This document shows, in pieces, positions 20,177 to 30,467 of a stretch of 64,000 nucleotides of DNA (position 1 is the stretch's first letter; the number at the start of each line of letters is the position of its first letter). Below the pieces are notes generated by a model. That model saw only the letters and a program-made list of their open reading frames with translations, was not told where the DNA came from and searched no databases. The position numbers and the translations under genes are program-made. The DNA is taken from IMG/VR virus record IMGVR_UViG_3300010938_000004, positions 1-64,000 of that record. One strand, 5' to 3'. Source of the stretch: a virus.

Positions 20177-20929
20177 TCAATTATTTTCTCGCTCTTTATG
20201 CTTGCGCTTTAGGTTATACACTTTGCATTCACCCCGGTCGATTTCGCACATTAGCGGGGCCAGACTGACCCCAGCCTCCACTCCCCCTGCTGCAGCGGCC
20301 CTCTCCTCTAGGCGCTCGATGAATTTGGGGTGCGCCTTGTTTCTTCTCGCCCGCTTGACGACGTCCATTGCCGAGCGTAGGGGGTGCTTCTTAAATTTCA
20401 TGGCATTTTCCATGAACTGCTCGAAGGCTCGATGGTTTTCTTCAGCTTCTTTGCTCACGAACGACACAGACACGAAGGGCAGGATGGCGCTCTTATATTC
20501 TATCTGTGCGTAAATCACCGGTTCGTATCCCCACTCTACAACCCTCTCGCGGGCAATTTTTAGCGCACGCATGTAGCCAGACACTCCTGAATCGGTACAG
20601 CCCCTTAGCATGGCTACGTATCCGCCCGGCTTGTCCTCGTAGATCTGGTCTGCATCATGAATATTTTGGTAGAACATCAACTGATTCCTGAACTGCACCA
20701 AGGCCTCAGTCACCCATTGACCTTGCCAGTCTTGGCAGGACGCCTGGAATACTTCTTGGCGAGCTGGGATGACCCTGATGGTCCAACACTTTCGACCCCA
20801 TGCAACGCAGAACACTGAGCGCCCGGAGAGCAGGGCTCTTTTGACCTCTGGCAGAAAGAGAAGAAAGCCTTCCGAATCGGGAGTGCGCTTGTACTTGTAC
20901 GTATCGTCCCTGTACGTTTGGATGTACAT
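20177..20929 (-). CDS. Hypothetical protein
   Basis: RBS AAGGAGG, 250 aa. Confidence 0.65.
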   Translation of the reverse strand: MYIQTYRDDTYKYKRTPDSEGFLLFLPEVKRALLSGRSVFCVAWGRKCWTIRVIPARQEVFQASCQDWQGQWVTEALVQFRNQLMFYQNIHDADQIYEDKPGGYVAMLRGCTDSGVSGYMRALKIARERVVEWGYEPVIYAQIEYKSAILPFVSVSFVSKEAEENHRAFEQFMENAMKFKKHPLRSAMDVVKRARRNKAHPKFIERLEERAAAAGGVEAGVSLAPLMCEIDRGECKVYNLKRKHKERENN

Positions 20930-20975
20930 CTACCCCTCCTTTTATGCCTTATGATACACAAGCTCTCGATAACCG

Positions 20976-21365
20976 CTAAGCATGGTCGTGATTCCCCCAG
21001 CGCGGGATTACCATCACAACCTCTCGGCAGGCCTGCTTGACAACCTCGTCGTTCTTAGCAAATGCCTTTAGATAGCGCGGATCTTTGCTTGCCGCCATTT
21101 TCAGCATGCGTTTAGGATTCGTCGCTCGGATGGGGCATAGATTGACCACCGCGATTGAAGCAAAGCCAAGATGAGATGCGAAGCCGCACATGCGCCTGAT
21201 GGTGGAGCCATCTACCTCGGCATCTGCTGTCGACGGATTAAGCCCTATGAAGCACACGGTTCCCGGTGCGGCGGCGTCGCTTAGCCATGCCCCCTTGAGC
21301 AGGTAACGAAACCGCAGACATGGGCTTAGAACGGCTGATTTCTCGTCCGTGTCAATCATGACCAC
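20976..21365 (-). CDS. DUF1643-family protein, apparently C-terminally truncated
   Basis: SPCLRFRYLL, FIGLNPSTAD..TIRR, VVNL, WG; the usual terminal HPLY segment is missing. Confidence 0.7.
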   Translation of the reverse strand: MVMIDTDEKSAVLSPCLRFRYLLKGAWLSDAAAPGTVCFIGLNPSTADAEVDGSTIRRMCGFASHLGFASIAVVNLCPIRATNPKRMLKMAASKDPRYLKAFAKNDEVVKQACREVVMVIPRWGNHDHA

Positions 21366-21684
21366 CTGTCCTCCAGGTGACCTTGACCCATGGCTCCGCG
21401 TCGTCGACTGCCTGATAGAAGAGCCGGTCTAGGATATCAGTGATATCAGGCGGTGCCTCGTATTGAGAGCTGTGCTTCAGAATGTGCTTAGCCACATATC
21501 GGCCCATTTTCTTGATGTCCACCACATCGCAGTCAATGTATTCCGGATTATTTTCGAAGGCGTGCTTCATGAGGGCCAATGGCACACGTATCACAAGCTC
21601 ATCGTCCTCAATCTTTGCTTTCATTTGTCGGATCTTTCCCATCAGCAGTCTCCTCATCCTTGATATCTTTCGATGGTCTCCCAC
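21352..21684 (-). CDS. Hypothetical protein
   Basis: Overlaps the DUF1643 start and contains its RBS (GGAGG). Confidence 0.5.
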   Translation of the reverse strand: MGDHRKISRMRRLLMGKIRQMKAKIEDDELVIRVPLALMKHAFENNPEYIDCDVVDIKKMGRYVAKHILKHSSQYEAPPDITDILDRLFYQAVDDAEPWVKVTWRTGGHD

Positions 21685-21861
21685 CAGGAGTGGTGCATGC
21701 CGTCGTGGTCCGTTTACTCACGATACTCCTGTACTTCCTTATACTTTTCCAGCCAGATCGTGTAACCATCGTTCAGCCGCACGGGCAACAGCGCGAACTC
21801 GTGCACGATGCGCCTGTCGCCCGCAACCGGAGGCCGCTCAGTGCGCCAGCGCATTCATGAC

Positions 21862-22254
21862 TCATTGAAGCTCGCGCTCACAGCGCTGAACCGCCATGAC
21901 TCGGATAATTAGCTCATCCGCGGTCATGGGGCCCACAAAATTCAGCTCACACGCTGGATGATTGCCGCGAATGTAGGTCCAAGGGATGACACCCGGAGCT
22001 TCGAGTAGTTTGAAATCCTCCAAGTAAATGAGATCAGCGATCGGCGCCAACAGCGGCTCTGCCTCTTTGAGGCTCGGCTCGTAGAGCTTGCAGCCAAAAC
22101 ACCAACTGGGTTCGGTATTGATAAACACCTGCATCCGAACCTTGCTGGTCTGACGAAAGTAGAACCTACCCCCGTCCGGAATGATCCGATGGTACCTGTA
22201 GGCCCCGAGCGCACAGCTGGACGCCAGAGCGAGCATCAGCAGTAGCATTTTCAT
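21862..22254 (-). CDS. Exported thioredoxin-like protein
   Basis: Signal peptide, WCFGC, and a cis-Pro-like IP motif; RBS GGAGG. Confidence 0.55.
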   Translation of the reverse strand: MKMLLLMLALASSCALGAYRYHRIIPDGGRFYFRQTSKVRMQVFINTEPSWCFGCKLYEPSLKEAEPLLAPIADLIYLEDFKLLEAPGVIPWTYIRGNHPACELNFVGPMTADELIIRVMAVQRCERELQ

Positions 22255-22356
22255 AGTTTTCCCTCCACTCTTCATCATTAGAGCACGCATTGGGCGATAA
22301 AATCTAGTTGAAATTTGCCTAGTAGCCATGCAGACTTTTCCCACAGAGGCGGATAG

Positions 22357-22640
22357 TGAATGATGAAAATTTCGATGTTAAAGCTTTCGAAGAGGCCCTC
22401 AGTGACGCCATGGGCCACGTCGTGGGTTAGAAAAGAGAAATCACCGACGATCCTAAAATCCGAATCGAGACTACCACTCAGTATGCCGACGCAGGCGGTA
22501 TATTCCGCCCCGTGGGGCCGACCGTAAAGGCCCTTAAGCCCGGATGTTATAGCCTGATTGTAGATTCAGCCGGAATAGGCTTTAAGCCTAAAAGCATCGT
22601 CACGGATACCCCGCATCGCTTCAAGGACATCGGACGATGA
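22357..22640 (+). pseudogene. Truncated gene fragment with in-frame TAG, resembling the N-terminus of phage AAA ATPases
   Basis: MNDENF..VVG*KRE..FRPVGPTVKALKPGCY..TD. Confidence 0.35.
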
Positions 22641-23099
22641 GTGATCCTTTCGAAAAAGTCCTAGGCGCCTTGGCTGAACTAAGGGACGAATTGCGCGACG
22701 TCCTTGGTCGGTGGCGCGGATTGCCTATATACATAGGCGCAATCCGCAATGGTGGCACACCCTGCGATATGATGGTCGGCGCCTGCGCCTGTGGCGCCTG
22801 GCACAAGGCAGATGAGTGGCCGCTGCGCCTCTCAAGGGCAAGATTCTTCTAGGAAATCAAGTGTGGCAGTTTATGAACCGTAAACGCAAACCCAGCAAGT
22901 AGAGCCGTGCGAAGGCGATGTGGCCAAAGATTGGGCCTGCCTCGATGCCCGCGGAACTTCTTCCAGACCAAAAGCCCAGCCTGGAGAGGCGAGTAGGCTG
23001 GTCGCCTTGCGGACCGGCATAGCGCCACTGCCGTAGAGGCCACCATCGCCAGAATGTTCGGCATTTAGACAGCCATCTTATCCCTGATAGGATGTAAGG

Positions 23100-23885
23100 G
23101 TGTTCACCCTTACCCTAAGTGAATCCTTTCGGTACAAGATGGCAGAGGTGGCTGGCGCCGCCAAGGAGGCACTGGAGGCCGCGGCCAATCAGGCTGCCCG
23201 AGACCTAGCCTACATGGCTGCCGAGGAATGGCGCAGGCTGGCCTACGAGAGACTCAAGGACACCGCTACCCAGTACGCCGATGGCATAGCGGTCGAAGAC
23301 CTGGGCAACGCGGTTTACCGCGTCAGTCTCGATAAAGACCTTAAGTACTTGGAATCAGGATACAGTTCCTTCGACATGAAACCGGGGCTGCTCAAGAATG
23401 CTAAAAAGTTCTCCAAGCGCGGCTACCCCTACCGTGCCATCCCGTTCACCCACAAGACTACTGGGGACTTCGGCCAGGACCTAAAGCGCCTGCGCGGCGC
23501 CTTCGGAGACCGGGGCAACACGCTTAGCCCGTCCGGCTCCCCCATGGTGGGTAAGGCTTGGTCTCTCCGGCGTGACCCAATGGGCGCCTGGAAGCTTACC
23601 CCGGGCCGCGGGAGCGGAGAGCAGGCCCAACGAGCCTTCTTGACCGATCCACAGCCCACGCGCCACCTAGACGGCCTGCAGAAGACTCAATGGAAGCAGC
23701 CGCTCCGTAAGGGCGGCTTCCGCGTGCGGTCTGAATTCACGACCTTCCGGACCGTGTCTGGTGATCCGCGCTATGCAATGAAATGGCTTCACCCAGGCTT
23801 CCGAGGTGCTGGCTTACTGCCAGAGGTGCAGCGCTGGGCCCTAGCGAATGCCTACCGGGTGCTGGATGAGCTACTCGGTCGATAG
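23100..23885 (+). CDS. Neck/tail-completion protein
   Basis: FDMKPGLL, YRAIPF.H, FTTFRTVS, WLHPG motifs; TGATAGGAT 6 nt before the GTG. Confidence 0.65.
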   Translation: MFTLTLSESFRYKMAEVAGAAKEALEAAANQAARDLAYMAAEEWRRLAYERLKDTATQYADGIAVEDLGNAVYRVSLDKDLKYLESGYSSFDMKPGLLKNAKKFSKRGYPYRAIPFTHKTTGDFGQDLKRLRGAFGDRGNTLSPSGSPMVGKAWSLRRDPMGAWKLTPGRGSGEQAQRAFLTDPQPTRHLDGLQKTQWKQPLRKGGFRVRSEFTTFRTVSGDPRYAMKWLHPGFRGAGLLPEVQRWALANAYRVLDELLGR

Positions 23886-23923
23886 TTCTTACTTTGCACA
23901 TCCCGATGTAGTAAGATCTACCG

Positions 23924-24132
23924 GCAAGAGCAGCGGCGTGGAGGCCTGTACGCGGCAGGCCGAAGTTGGTTACCAGAGGCGCCCTTTGTTTCGCGCTCTA
24001 GGGCGATTTTCGTTTAAGTAACCAGTGAGGACACGCTATGGCCAGCCGTCTGGGCGACGGCAACCCCGGCTCGTATCCGGGTATGGCCTAGACCAAGCGC
24101 CCTAGCCAGTATCAAGCCTGGCCTGCTCTTGT
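23924..24132 (+). ncRNA. Structured tRNA-like ncRNA
   Basis: TTACTT-17-TAAGAT upstream; closing stem CAAGAGCAG/CTGCTCTTG; multiple internal helices; T-tract at the 3' end. Confidence 0.7.
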
Positions 24133-24151
24133 TTTTGAATGAGGAGCGAAG

Positions 24152-25066
24152 ATGATCCACACCCCCGACGTAAACACGCAGTACGTACTTAAAGCAGGTT
24201 TCCGACAGCTCAAGAAGGACCCCGATCGCCTGGTGCGCGAGATCTTCTGCCAATACGCCTCAACAGAGCTGGCCCCATCCTTGGGTGACCCGTTTATTGA
24301 AAAGATTGTAGCTTGGGTGAAAAAGACCGATTTCCCGGTTTACTTGGGCTTCGAGACCACCGACCAACCACCCAAGGTACCATCGACCACTGTCTCACTG
24401 GGCTCTTGCACGCCCAAGCAGTTGTTCATCGGCGACCGCGGTGAGAATACCTACGAGGAGTTGAAACCTTACGAACGACAGGTGGTGGTGGCTGCGTTCA
24501 ATCCCGCAGCTCTTGTATTGAACTCGGACAGCACCGGATGGCTTTTGACTCTTCCTGACTCGATGTCGGATGACGACCAATCCCTATTCACACTCTCCTC
24601 GAACGTCCAGATCAGGGATGCCAAAGGTCAGCTGTTCAATGTCTCGTGGGACGAGGCTGCGGCAAAAACCCTCATCACAAAGGCTTCGACCCCGATACTG
24701 CAGCTCGACGGGACTAAGCTTGAGCTGGTCACCTCGTTCGTAACGTCCTCTTACCAGTCCGGCAGCGCCGTCTACAACTGCAGGGTCGATGTTATCTCCC
24801 TCGGTAGAGATCGCAACGAGACGACATGGATCAGCCATGTCGTCACCTGGATCTTATTGCGCTACCGCATCGTGATGGAGCAGGCGTTCGGCATGGGCCA
24901 GCTATCGGCTCCCATGATTAGCGACCTGGTCCGAGACGAGACGTGGGGAGACCTCGTATGGCAACGCAGCCAGACGCTGACCTCTACGTGCCTTTTCACG
25001 TGGAAAGAAGCCCAGAATACCGACATCGTAGCCATGCTGCTTGAGGTTGACGCAGATCGAGCTTAG
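24152..25066 (+). CDS. Putative tail terminator/completion protein
   Basis: Position between the neck and sheath genes; RBS GAGGAG. Confidence 0.5.
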   Translation: MIHTPDVNTQYVLKAGFRQLKKDPDRLVREIFCQYASTELAPSLGDPFIEKIVAWVKKTDFPVYLGFETTDQPPKVPSTTVSLGSCTPKQLFIGDRGENTYEELKPYERQVVVAAFNPAALVLNSDSTGWLLTLPDSMSDDDQSLFTLSSNVQIRDAKGQLFNVSWDEAAAKTLITKASTPILQLDGTKLELVTSFVTSSYQSGSAVYNCRVDVISLGRDRNETTWISHVVTWILLRYRIVMEQAFGMGQLSAPMISDLVRDETWGDLVWQRSQTLTSTCLFTWKEAQNTDIVAMLLEVDADRA

Positions 25067-25069
25067 GGC

Positions 25070-25165
25070 ATGGAGCCGGAGCATCGCCCAGGCCTTGCGA
25101 TGGCCCTCGCCGAGCCACGGCGAGTTGGCGATCGCTCGTCGAATGTGGACGACGAGGACCAACTC
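25070..25165 (-). mobile_element. IS3-like transposase remnant
   Basis: AIANSPWLGEGHRKAWAMLR resembles the HTH_21 region of IS3-type OrfB. Confidence 0.45.
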
Positions 25166-25302
25166 TTCCAGACGTTGGGCCAGGAACAAGATCCTTGTGG
25201 TTTTCGACTTGGCCATACCTCACAAAATAATCGTACCTCACTGTTTTGGTGAGGCATGCTCATTTGCTGATATTTAGAAACCGGCAACGCTAACCCATTG
25301 CC

Positions 25303-25530
25303 CGGGCGCGTACGGCGGGAGCAGCTCGATCTGGAGCCGTGATTGTCCGGCGAGAAAGCGCTCGACCTTCTTCGACCGGTGCGCGAGGAGTCTGTCCCAG
25401 ATGAGAATGACCGGCCCCTTCGTGTTCTGCTTGAGCTGGCGGAGGAACGCGACGCACTCGTTCGCGCCGAAGTTGGCGTCGGGCAGCAGGCGAAACATCA
25501 ATCGCCCACTGTCCTTCTGGACCAGCCGCA
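25303..25530 (-). mobile_element. IS630-family DDE transposase remnant
   Basis: FLRQL..PVILIWDRLLAHRS..LLPPYAP, truncated before ELNP. Confidence 0.75.
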
Positions 25531-25565
25531 GTAATGGTGGTAAGATCCGAGCCTTAGGAGAACCT

Positions 25566-25832
25566 ATGGCAGGACGAAGAACTCCCAACGATCCTCAACC
25601 CCATGAGCCCTTGGCCTCGAAGCTGCAGGAGCAATCACAGGGGCAACCGCAAGAGACCAGACCACCCGAGAAGGTGCACTTCTACGAGTGGTTCGAGCAG
25701 CTCCTCTCTCGCGACGGGCGTGTTAAGCCCGGTCACATGGCCGGCATCCAGGCTGCGTTCCATGCGGAAAATATCTCCGACAAGGAGACGGCCGAGACCT
25801 ACGAGGCTGCGCTCAAGCGATATGGTTTATAA
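25566..25832 (+). CDS. Small conserved-position protein upstream of the sheath gene
   Basis: TGGTAAGAT plus RBS AGGAG before ATG 25566. Confidence 0.6.
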   Translation: MAGRRTPNDPQPHEPLASKLQEQSQGQPQETRPPEKVHFYEWFEQLLSRDGRVKPGHMAGIQAAFHAENISDKETAETYEAALKRYGL

Positions 25833-26030
25833 ACCATAGATTTTATGGTCAATGTGCTGTACTATTAAGTACATGCATGGCCGAATCGTCGCCTGAGATG
25901 GCGGAGTCAAAGCGCGCTACTCAAGATGGGCTCTTTAAAATCTGGGATGCTGGGAAGAAGAGATGGAGGGCCAGTCGGGCCTGACAGTTGTGCGGGATAA
26001 TCACCTCTGACTAGATGAGGTGATTGGACC

Positions 26031-27815
26031 ATGGCTCTCTCTATCACGTTTCAAGGCCAGACCATTTATCGTGCAGGCGCGTACTCGCTTACCCGAGTTT
26101 CTGACTCGGCCACCAGCTTAGCCCAACTCGGGGTTGTAGCCCTCATTGGTGAGGCGGAAGAGGGCGAGCAGATCGCTGCGACTACTTCGGTGGATGCGGT
26201 CACCTTCACTCCGGACCAGTTTGGCTCCATCGTCGAGAAGTTCGGATCTGGCTATCTGGTTGACAATGCCAAACTCGCTATAAATCCTTCCAACGATGCC
26301 GACATCTTCGGTGGCGCCCAGACCATCATCTGCCTCAAAACCAATGCTTCCACACGCGCCAGCCTGGCGCTGGCGTCGTCCTACGGGACCGTCTACGCCA
26401 AGAAGTACGGTGCGCCCGGCAACCTGACCTCGGTAACGATCACTGGCGCCTCGACGACCCGCGTCATTACGCTAGAGCGTGCGGACCTGGGCATCACGGA
26501 AGTCGGTACGGTTGGCAACGTCGCGGTGCTCACGATCCAGAATACGGACGCGGGCTCCTCGGCCGGAGTCATGTCGATTACGGCGACCCACATCACGACC
26601 ACGATCACTGGTGGCAGTTCCTCGAACCTGTCGCTTCGCAAGGCGGACTTCGCGACGATCCAGGATGTTGTCAACTATATCAACACCTTCACGAACTACA
26701 CGGCTTCGGTCGCCACGGCCGCCGAAGCTCAGTCTTCGCCCGATGTGCTCGACCGCGTCACCGGCGTGGATATCAAGACCGCGGCCTATACGGTCAAGCG
26801 CGATGCGTACGACGTGGCCCAGTTCTTCGCCGAGAGCCAGCTCGTCACCTTCACGCAGACTACCTACGCGGGCCTCCCCGCGGCGGTCGCCAAGACGTTC
26901 ATGTCGGGCGGCGCCAAGGGTGCTACGACCAATGCCCATGTGCAGACGGCTCTCGACTTCCTGAAGAAGACGAACGCGAATTTCGTGGTTCCGCTCTTTA
27001 GTCGCGACGCGACGTCAGACATCACCGATGGCTTGACGGACGCGAGTTCCACCTATACCTTCGATTCGATCACGGCAGCACTTCGGTCCCACCTCATCGA
27101 AATGGGCAACATCAAAGGCCGCAAAGAGCGCCAGGGCTTCGTGGGCTTCGATGGCACCTTCGCGAATGCCAAGATCAAAGCGGCTGCGATCGCCTCTGGC
27201 CTCATCGCCTTGAACTTCCAGCGCGTTGACGCAGTCGGGGCCTCGGGCTCTTTGGCCACTCAGAAACCGCACACCACGGCGGCCATGATTGCCGGCATGA
27301 TGGCCGGTAGTGTGGTCGGGCTCTCCCCGCTTTACAAGTCGGTCAACATCTCTGGCATTTCCACGGCGGCTTCGGACTTCGACCCGGATGCGGACGGCGA
27401 ATCCGCGATCAAGGCGAACCTCATGTTCCTGGAGAAGGACCCGAACGGAGGCTTCCGCGTGGGCAACTTCGCGTCTACCTACGGCCGCACGGACCGGAAC
27501 TGGTACTGGTCGCGTCCCGCGGTGGTGTACGCCTCGTTTGTGGCGTCGCGCTCGATCCGACTGAACCTCGAAGCCTTTATCGGCAAGCGCAACTCGGATG
27601 TGTCGCCCACGTCGGTTGAGAACTTCCTCTCGACGGTGTGCGATAGCCTACGCGCTTCGGGCATCCTAGTGGCCACGGCGGCCAACAAGGGCAGGGGCTA
27701 CACGGCCATATCGGCCAGGCTCGAAGGTAACGTCTACCGCGTGTCGGTCACCCTGACCCTGGTGGAGGCGGTCGAGTTCGTGCTGGCTGACCTTACGGTT
27801 GTCCGGGCGTCGTAA
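26031..27815 (+). CDS. Tail sheath protein
   Basis: N-terminal ITFQGQTIYRAGAYS..ALIGEAEEG; GGAKG; H..EMG..KER; sheath-type C-terminus; 594 aa. Confidence 0.85.
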   Translation: MALSITFQGQTIYRAGAYSLTRVSDSATSLAQLGVVALIGEAEEGEQIAATTSVDAVTFTPDQFGSIVEKFGSGYLVDNAKLAINPSNDADIFGGAQTIICLKTNASTRASLALASSYGTVYAKKYGAPGNLTSVTITGASTTRVITLERADLGITEVGTVGNVAVLTIQNTDAGSSAGVMSITATHITTTITGGSSSNLSLRKADFATIQDVVNYINTFTNYTASVATAAEAQSSPDVLDRVTGVDIKTAAYTVKRDAYDVAQFFAESQLVTFTQTTYAGLPAAVAKTFMSGGAKGATTNAHVQTALDFLKKTNANFVVPLFSRDATSDITDGLTDASSTYTFDSITAALRSHLIEMGNIKGRKERQGFVGFDGTFANAKIKAAAIASGLIALNFQRVDAVGASGSLATQKPHTTAAMIAGMMAGSVVGLSPLYKSVNISGISTAASDFDPDADGESAIKANLMFLEKDPNGGFRVGNFASTYGRTDRNWYWSRPAVVYASFVASRSIRLNLEAFIGKRNSDVSPTSVENFLSTVCDSLRASGILVATAANKGRGYTAISARLEGNVYRVSVTLTLVEAVEFVLADLTVVRAS

Positions 27816-27833
27816 GAGCAAATACATTTGCCA

Positions 27834-28553
27834 CTAAAGTAGCTTAGTGTAAAAAGTATTTTCCATTAACGCAGGAAGGTAAAAACCTTTTACCTTACGC
27901 TTGAGCGCCTTGATGCTGGACTCTTTGTGAGTTTTGATTCTCAAGAACTCTACTCCCCACAAGGCGAACTGAAACTCCAGTACATCTGCGATCTTCTGAC
28001 CGCAAAAATGCGCGACCAGGTCTAAATAGACGCCACAGAACTCTTTCCCATGCGCCGGGAACCTTTTGGACGTGAATACGTGTGCCAGCTCGTGCAGGAT
28101 CAGCCAGTGTGGCACCTTTACTTCGTCATTGGCATCCAGAAAGCTTGCTCGCCGGATGAGTAAGATCGGGGCGCGAGAGGGCGGTCGTCGTCCGATCGCC
28201 GCGTCATACTCAACGTCATCTGGCCCCCACTCAACCCTAACCTCGTGAACCCCGTAGTTCTGCGTCACATGGGCTGCCTGCAACACATCTTGCATGAAAA
28301 ATCCGATTGATTCCAAGCTATCCAGGTGAGCATCTACCTTCAGCTGGTCCTCGGCGGCGTACACCTTATCTGCCTGAGTGTCTAGTGGCCGAACTACCGA
28401 CGCCAATATGCGACACAAGGCGCCCAAGAATAAGGGTAAGAAGTAAATCTTGCTCTCCGTTAAAGGAAACAAGATAATAAAAACCACCATATCCACATAG
28501 TAGGTGGTCATCAAAACACGCCGATCATTCGCCCAGATCTCCTTCAGCTTCAT
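27834..28553 (-). CDS. Membrane-anchored HExxH metallohydrolase (TIGR04338/Rv0185-like)
   Basis: Two TM helices, DTQADKVYAAE, LHELAH..AHGKEF. Confidence 0.65.
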   Translation of the reverse strand: MKLKEIWANDRRVLMTTYYVDMVVFIILFPLTESKIYFLPLFLGALCRILASVVRPLDTQADKVYAAEDQLKVDAHLDSLESIGFFMQDVLQAAHVTQNYGVHEVRVEWGPDDVEYDAAIGRRPPSRAPILLIRRASFLDANDEVKVPHWLILHELAHVFTSKRFPAHGKEFCGVYLDLVAHFCGQKIADVLEFQFALWGVEFLRIKTHKESSIKALKRKVKGFYLPALMENTFYTKLL

Positions 28554-29033
28554 GCTGCCATCTCCGTTTCTTGTTTTGCTTTCCGCATCCGACTCCAGAT
28601 GAGCGCATGAGCTAGGCCGCGGTACCGCACTCTCTCTGGCTTGAAGGCAGCCTTGAGAGTCAGCCAATGGCCCCGACCTATGAACCTCTTCACCAGCTCT
28701 AAGTACACGCCGCAGAACTCCTTGCCGTGCGGGGCGAACGGATCTGGCGTCATCAAATGCACCAGCTCATGGAGCACTACCCACTTGCTGACCGCGCCCA
28801 TGGGGAACTCGACCACGTGCAGGCAGCGCATCGCTTGAGTGCGCTGAAGGCGAGCTTTGATGTTGATCGTGATCATGAGGAAAGTTCTTTTGGTGCCAGG
28901 CGCTGTCGAGAACAGTGGCGATCGTAGCCCTGATGAAATCTTCCCCGCCCTTCTCGTTCTGGGCAAGCATCGTGCGGTGAGTCACCCTCTCAGCCTCGTA
29001 CACCCGAGACCTCTGTGAATTCCTGACCCTCAT
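28550..29033 (-). pseudogene. Paralogous HExxH metallohydrolase, frameshifted near 28877
   Basis: NSQRSRVYEAE is in one frame and LHELVH..PHGKEFCGVYL in another. Confidence 0.6.
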
Positions 29034-29469
29034 GCTTCCTCCTGTATGGCTACCCGCCCCGAACCGCCACACACGTCACATGAGATGTGCCAATCGCACG
29101 AAAGCCAAATCTTTCCTGAGCCCTTACATACGCAGCACTGCTTCTTTTTTAGACGCAGCTGTTTGAGGATGCTGCCATGCTTCTTTCTGAGGATTCGATT
29201 CATGGCCCTCCCTCCGCCCTAGAGAGATCGTGCCATGATTGACATTATGCATCAACTGTCAAGTTATTGACATTTTTGCGGCATCTTTACCCCTTCTTTA
29301 CACTTGCGAGGGAGGCGCAGCCGCTCTAGATGGGCGTGACACAGCCCACCCACGTAGAGCAGCCCGGCATCAACGGTGATGAAAATCGGGTAAGTCTGCT
29401 GCACCGGCTGCGGGCTGATAACTGGTACCAGGAAAGGCAACCAGGCCAGGTATGCGAAGCACAGGTGGG

Positions 29470-30153
29470 TCACGGCTGAGAGCGTATGGTGGTGGCCAAA
29501 AAGGCACGTTGGAGAAGATTTTTCGCCCAAAGCTTCGTTCGCTTCCAGAAAGTGCCTTGCGGGGTCGGCTCAAGCGGCTCCCCATCAAGCGAGACTGCTT
29601 CTGTGCCGAAAACGTCGACGGGCGGCACGCAGTACTGAGCCGGGACGCTGACACTTTTGTCGCTAATCTCGATTAGCCACGGTCGCGAGCCCATGCGAGA
29701 AAATAGATCCTCAACGGGGTAGTAGAGTTCTGATCCGTAATAAGGGTCCTGAACCAGTACGCACTTGGTCTTCCAGGTATCGAGCAGCACGTGCACTACC
29801 ACATAGTGCCACTCCAGCTCCTCTCCTCGCTTGTGGCCCGGGTCTCGGATCAGGGCAATCATCGGCATGAAGAGGCCCTTCACCAGGAGCTGCTCAGGAC
29901 GCCTGATGTGCTTGAAAGCAAGGTTAGCCTCCTTTAGAACTCGCTTCATGTCACGAAACGAAGTTCCGTAGGTTGCGCTGGTCTTGGCGAGCTTCACGAG
30001 GCCCATCTTGGTGTATGGCTTACCGCGGCGCTTCTTGCCGAATAAATCCAGTACCATTTTGAGGCAGCAAGGGCCACATGCCGCACTGTCGCTCTTCTGC
30101 TGACAGAAAGGCAAATTGGATGGCCGGGCTTGGTTGAATGCTGTACGGCTCAT
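29470..30153 (-). CDS. Peptidase C39-like cysteine protease
   Basis: QQ..AACGPCCL, HYVVV, VQDP. Confidence 0.75.
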   Translation of the reverse strand: MSRTAFNQARPSNLPFCQQKSDSAACGPCCLKMVLDLFGKKRRGKPYTKMGLVKLAKTSATYGTSFRDMKRVLKEANLAFKHIRRPEQLLVKGLFMPMIALIRDPGHKRGEELEWHYVVVHVLLDTWKTKCVLVQDPYYGSELYYPVEDLFSRMGSRPWLIEISDKSVSVPAQYCVPPVDVFGTEAVSLDGEPLEPTPQGTFWKRTKLWAKNLLQRAFLATTIRSQP

Positions 30154-30467
30154 AACTCCCTCACAATGAATTCCCCATCTCTCAAGCGGACCACGTGCCG
30201 ATCCACGATGACCTCGTCGCCGTCTTGCATGTTACGCGCAGACTGGAACAAGAAGCGCAGATGCTCGGCATCAGTTACTTTGATGGAAGGCTGATGCCGG
30301 GTCTGGCGCACGGCTTCAACTATGTAGTCCGCCAAGACGGCAAGGCCGGTCACGATGACTAAGCAGACAGCCAGCATTCGCAGGTCGAACAGCCACATGG
30401 GGGTCGTGCGCGCAAGCCACATGCACGCCTCGTAGGCGACATGGTCTGAGCCCAGGAACGACATCAC
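30150..30467 (-). CDS. Hypothetical membrane protein
   Basis: One TM helix; translationally coupled to its neighbours. Confidence 0.5.
   Translation of the reverse strand: MMSFLGSDHVAYEACMWLARTTPMWLFDLRMLAVCLVIVTGLAVLADYIVEAVRQTRHQPSIKVTDAEHLRFLFQSARNMQDGDEVIVDRHVVRLRDGEFIVREL

Noticed and set aside
12290-22430. TAG stop-codon reassignment
   Set aside because: Only two in-frame TAGs were seen, both in fragmentary genes. TAG ends several intact genes (7349, 19105, 23885, 25066, 59119).
23924-24132. Canonical tRNA, tmRNA or hammerhead ribozyme
   Set aside because: No anticodon loop, CCA or TTCRA; no tag ORF; no CUGAnGA/GAAA core.
25401-25565. N-terminal extension of the pre-sheath ORF
   Set aside because: It is the antisense of the IS630 remnant; promoter and RBS support ATG 25566.
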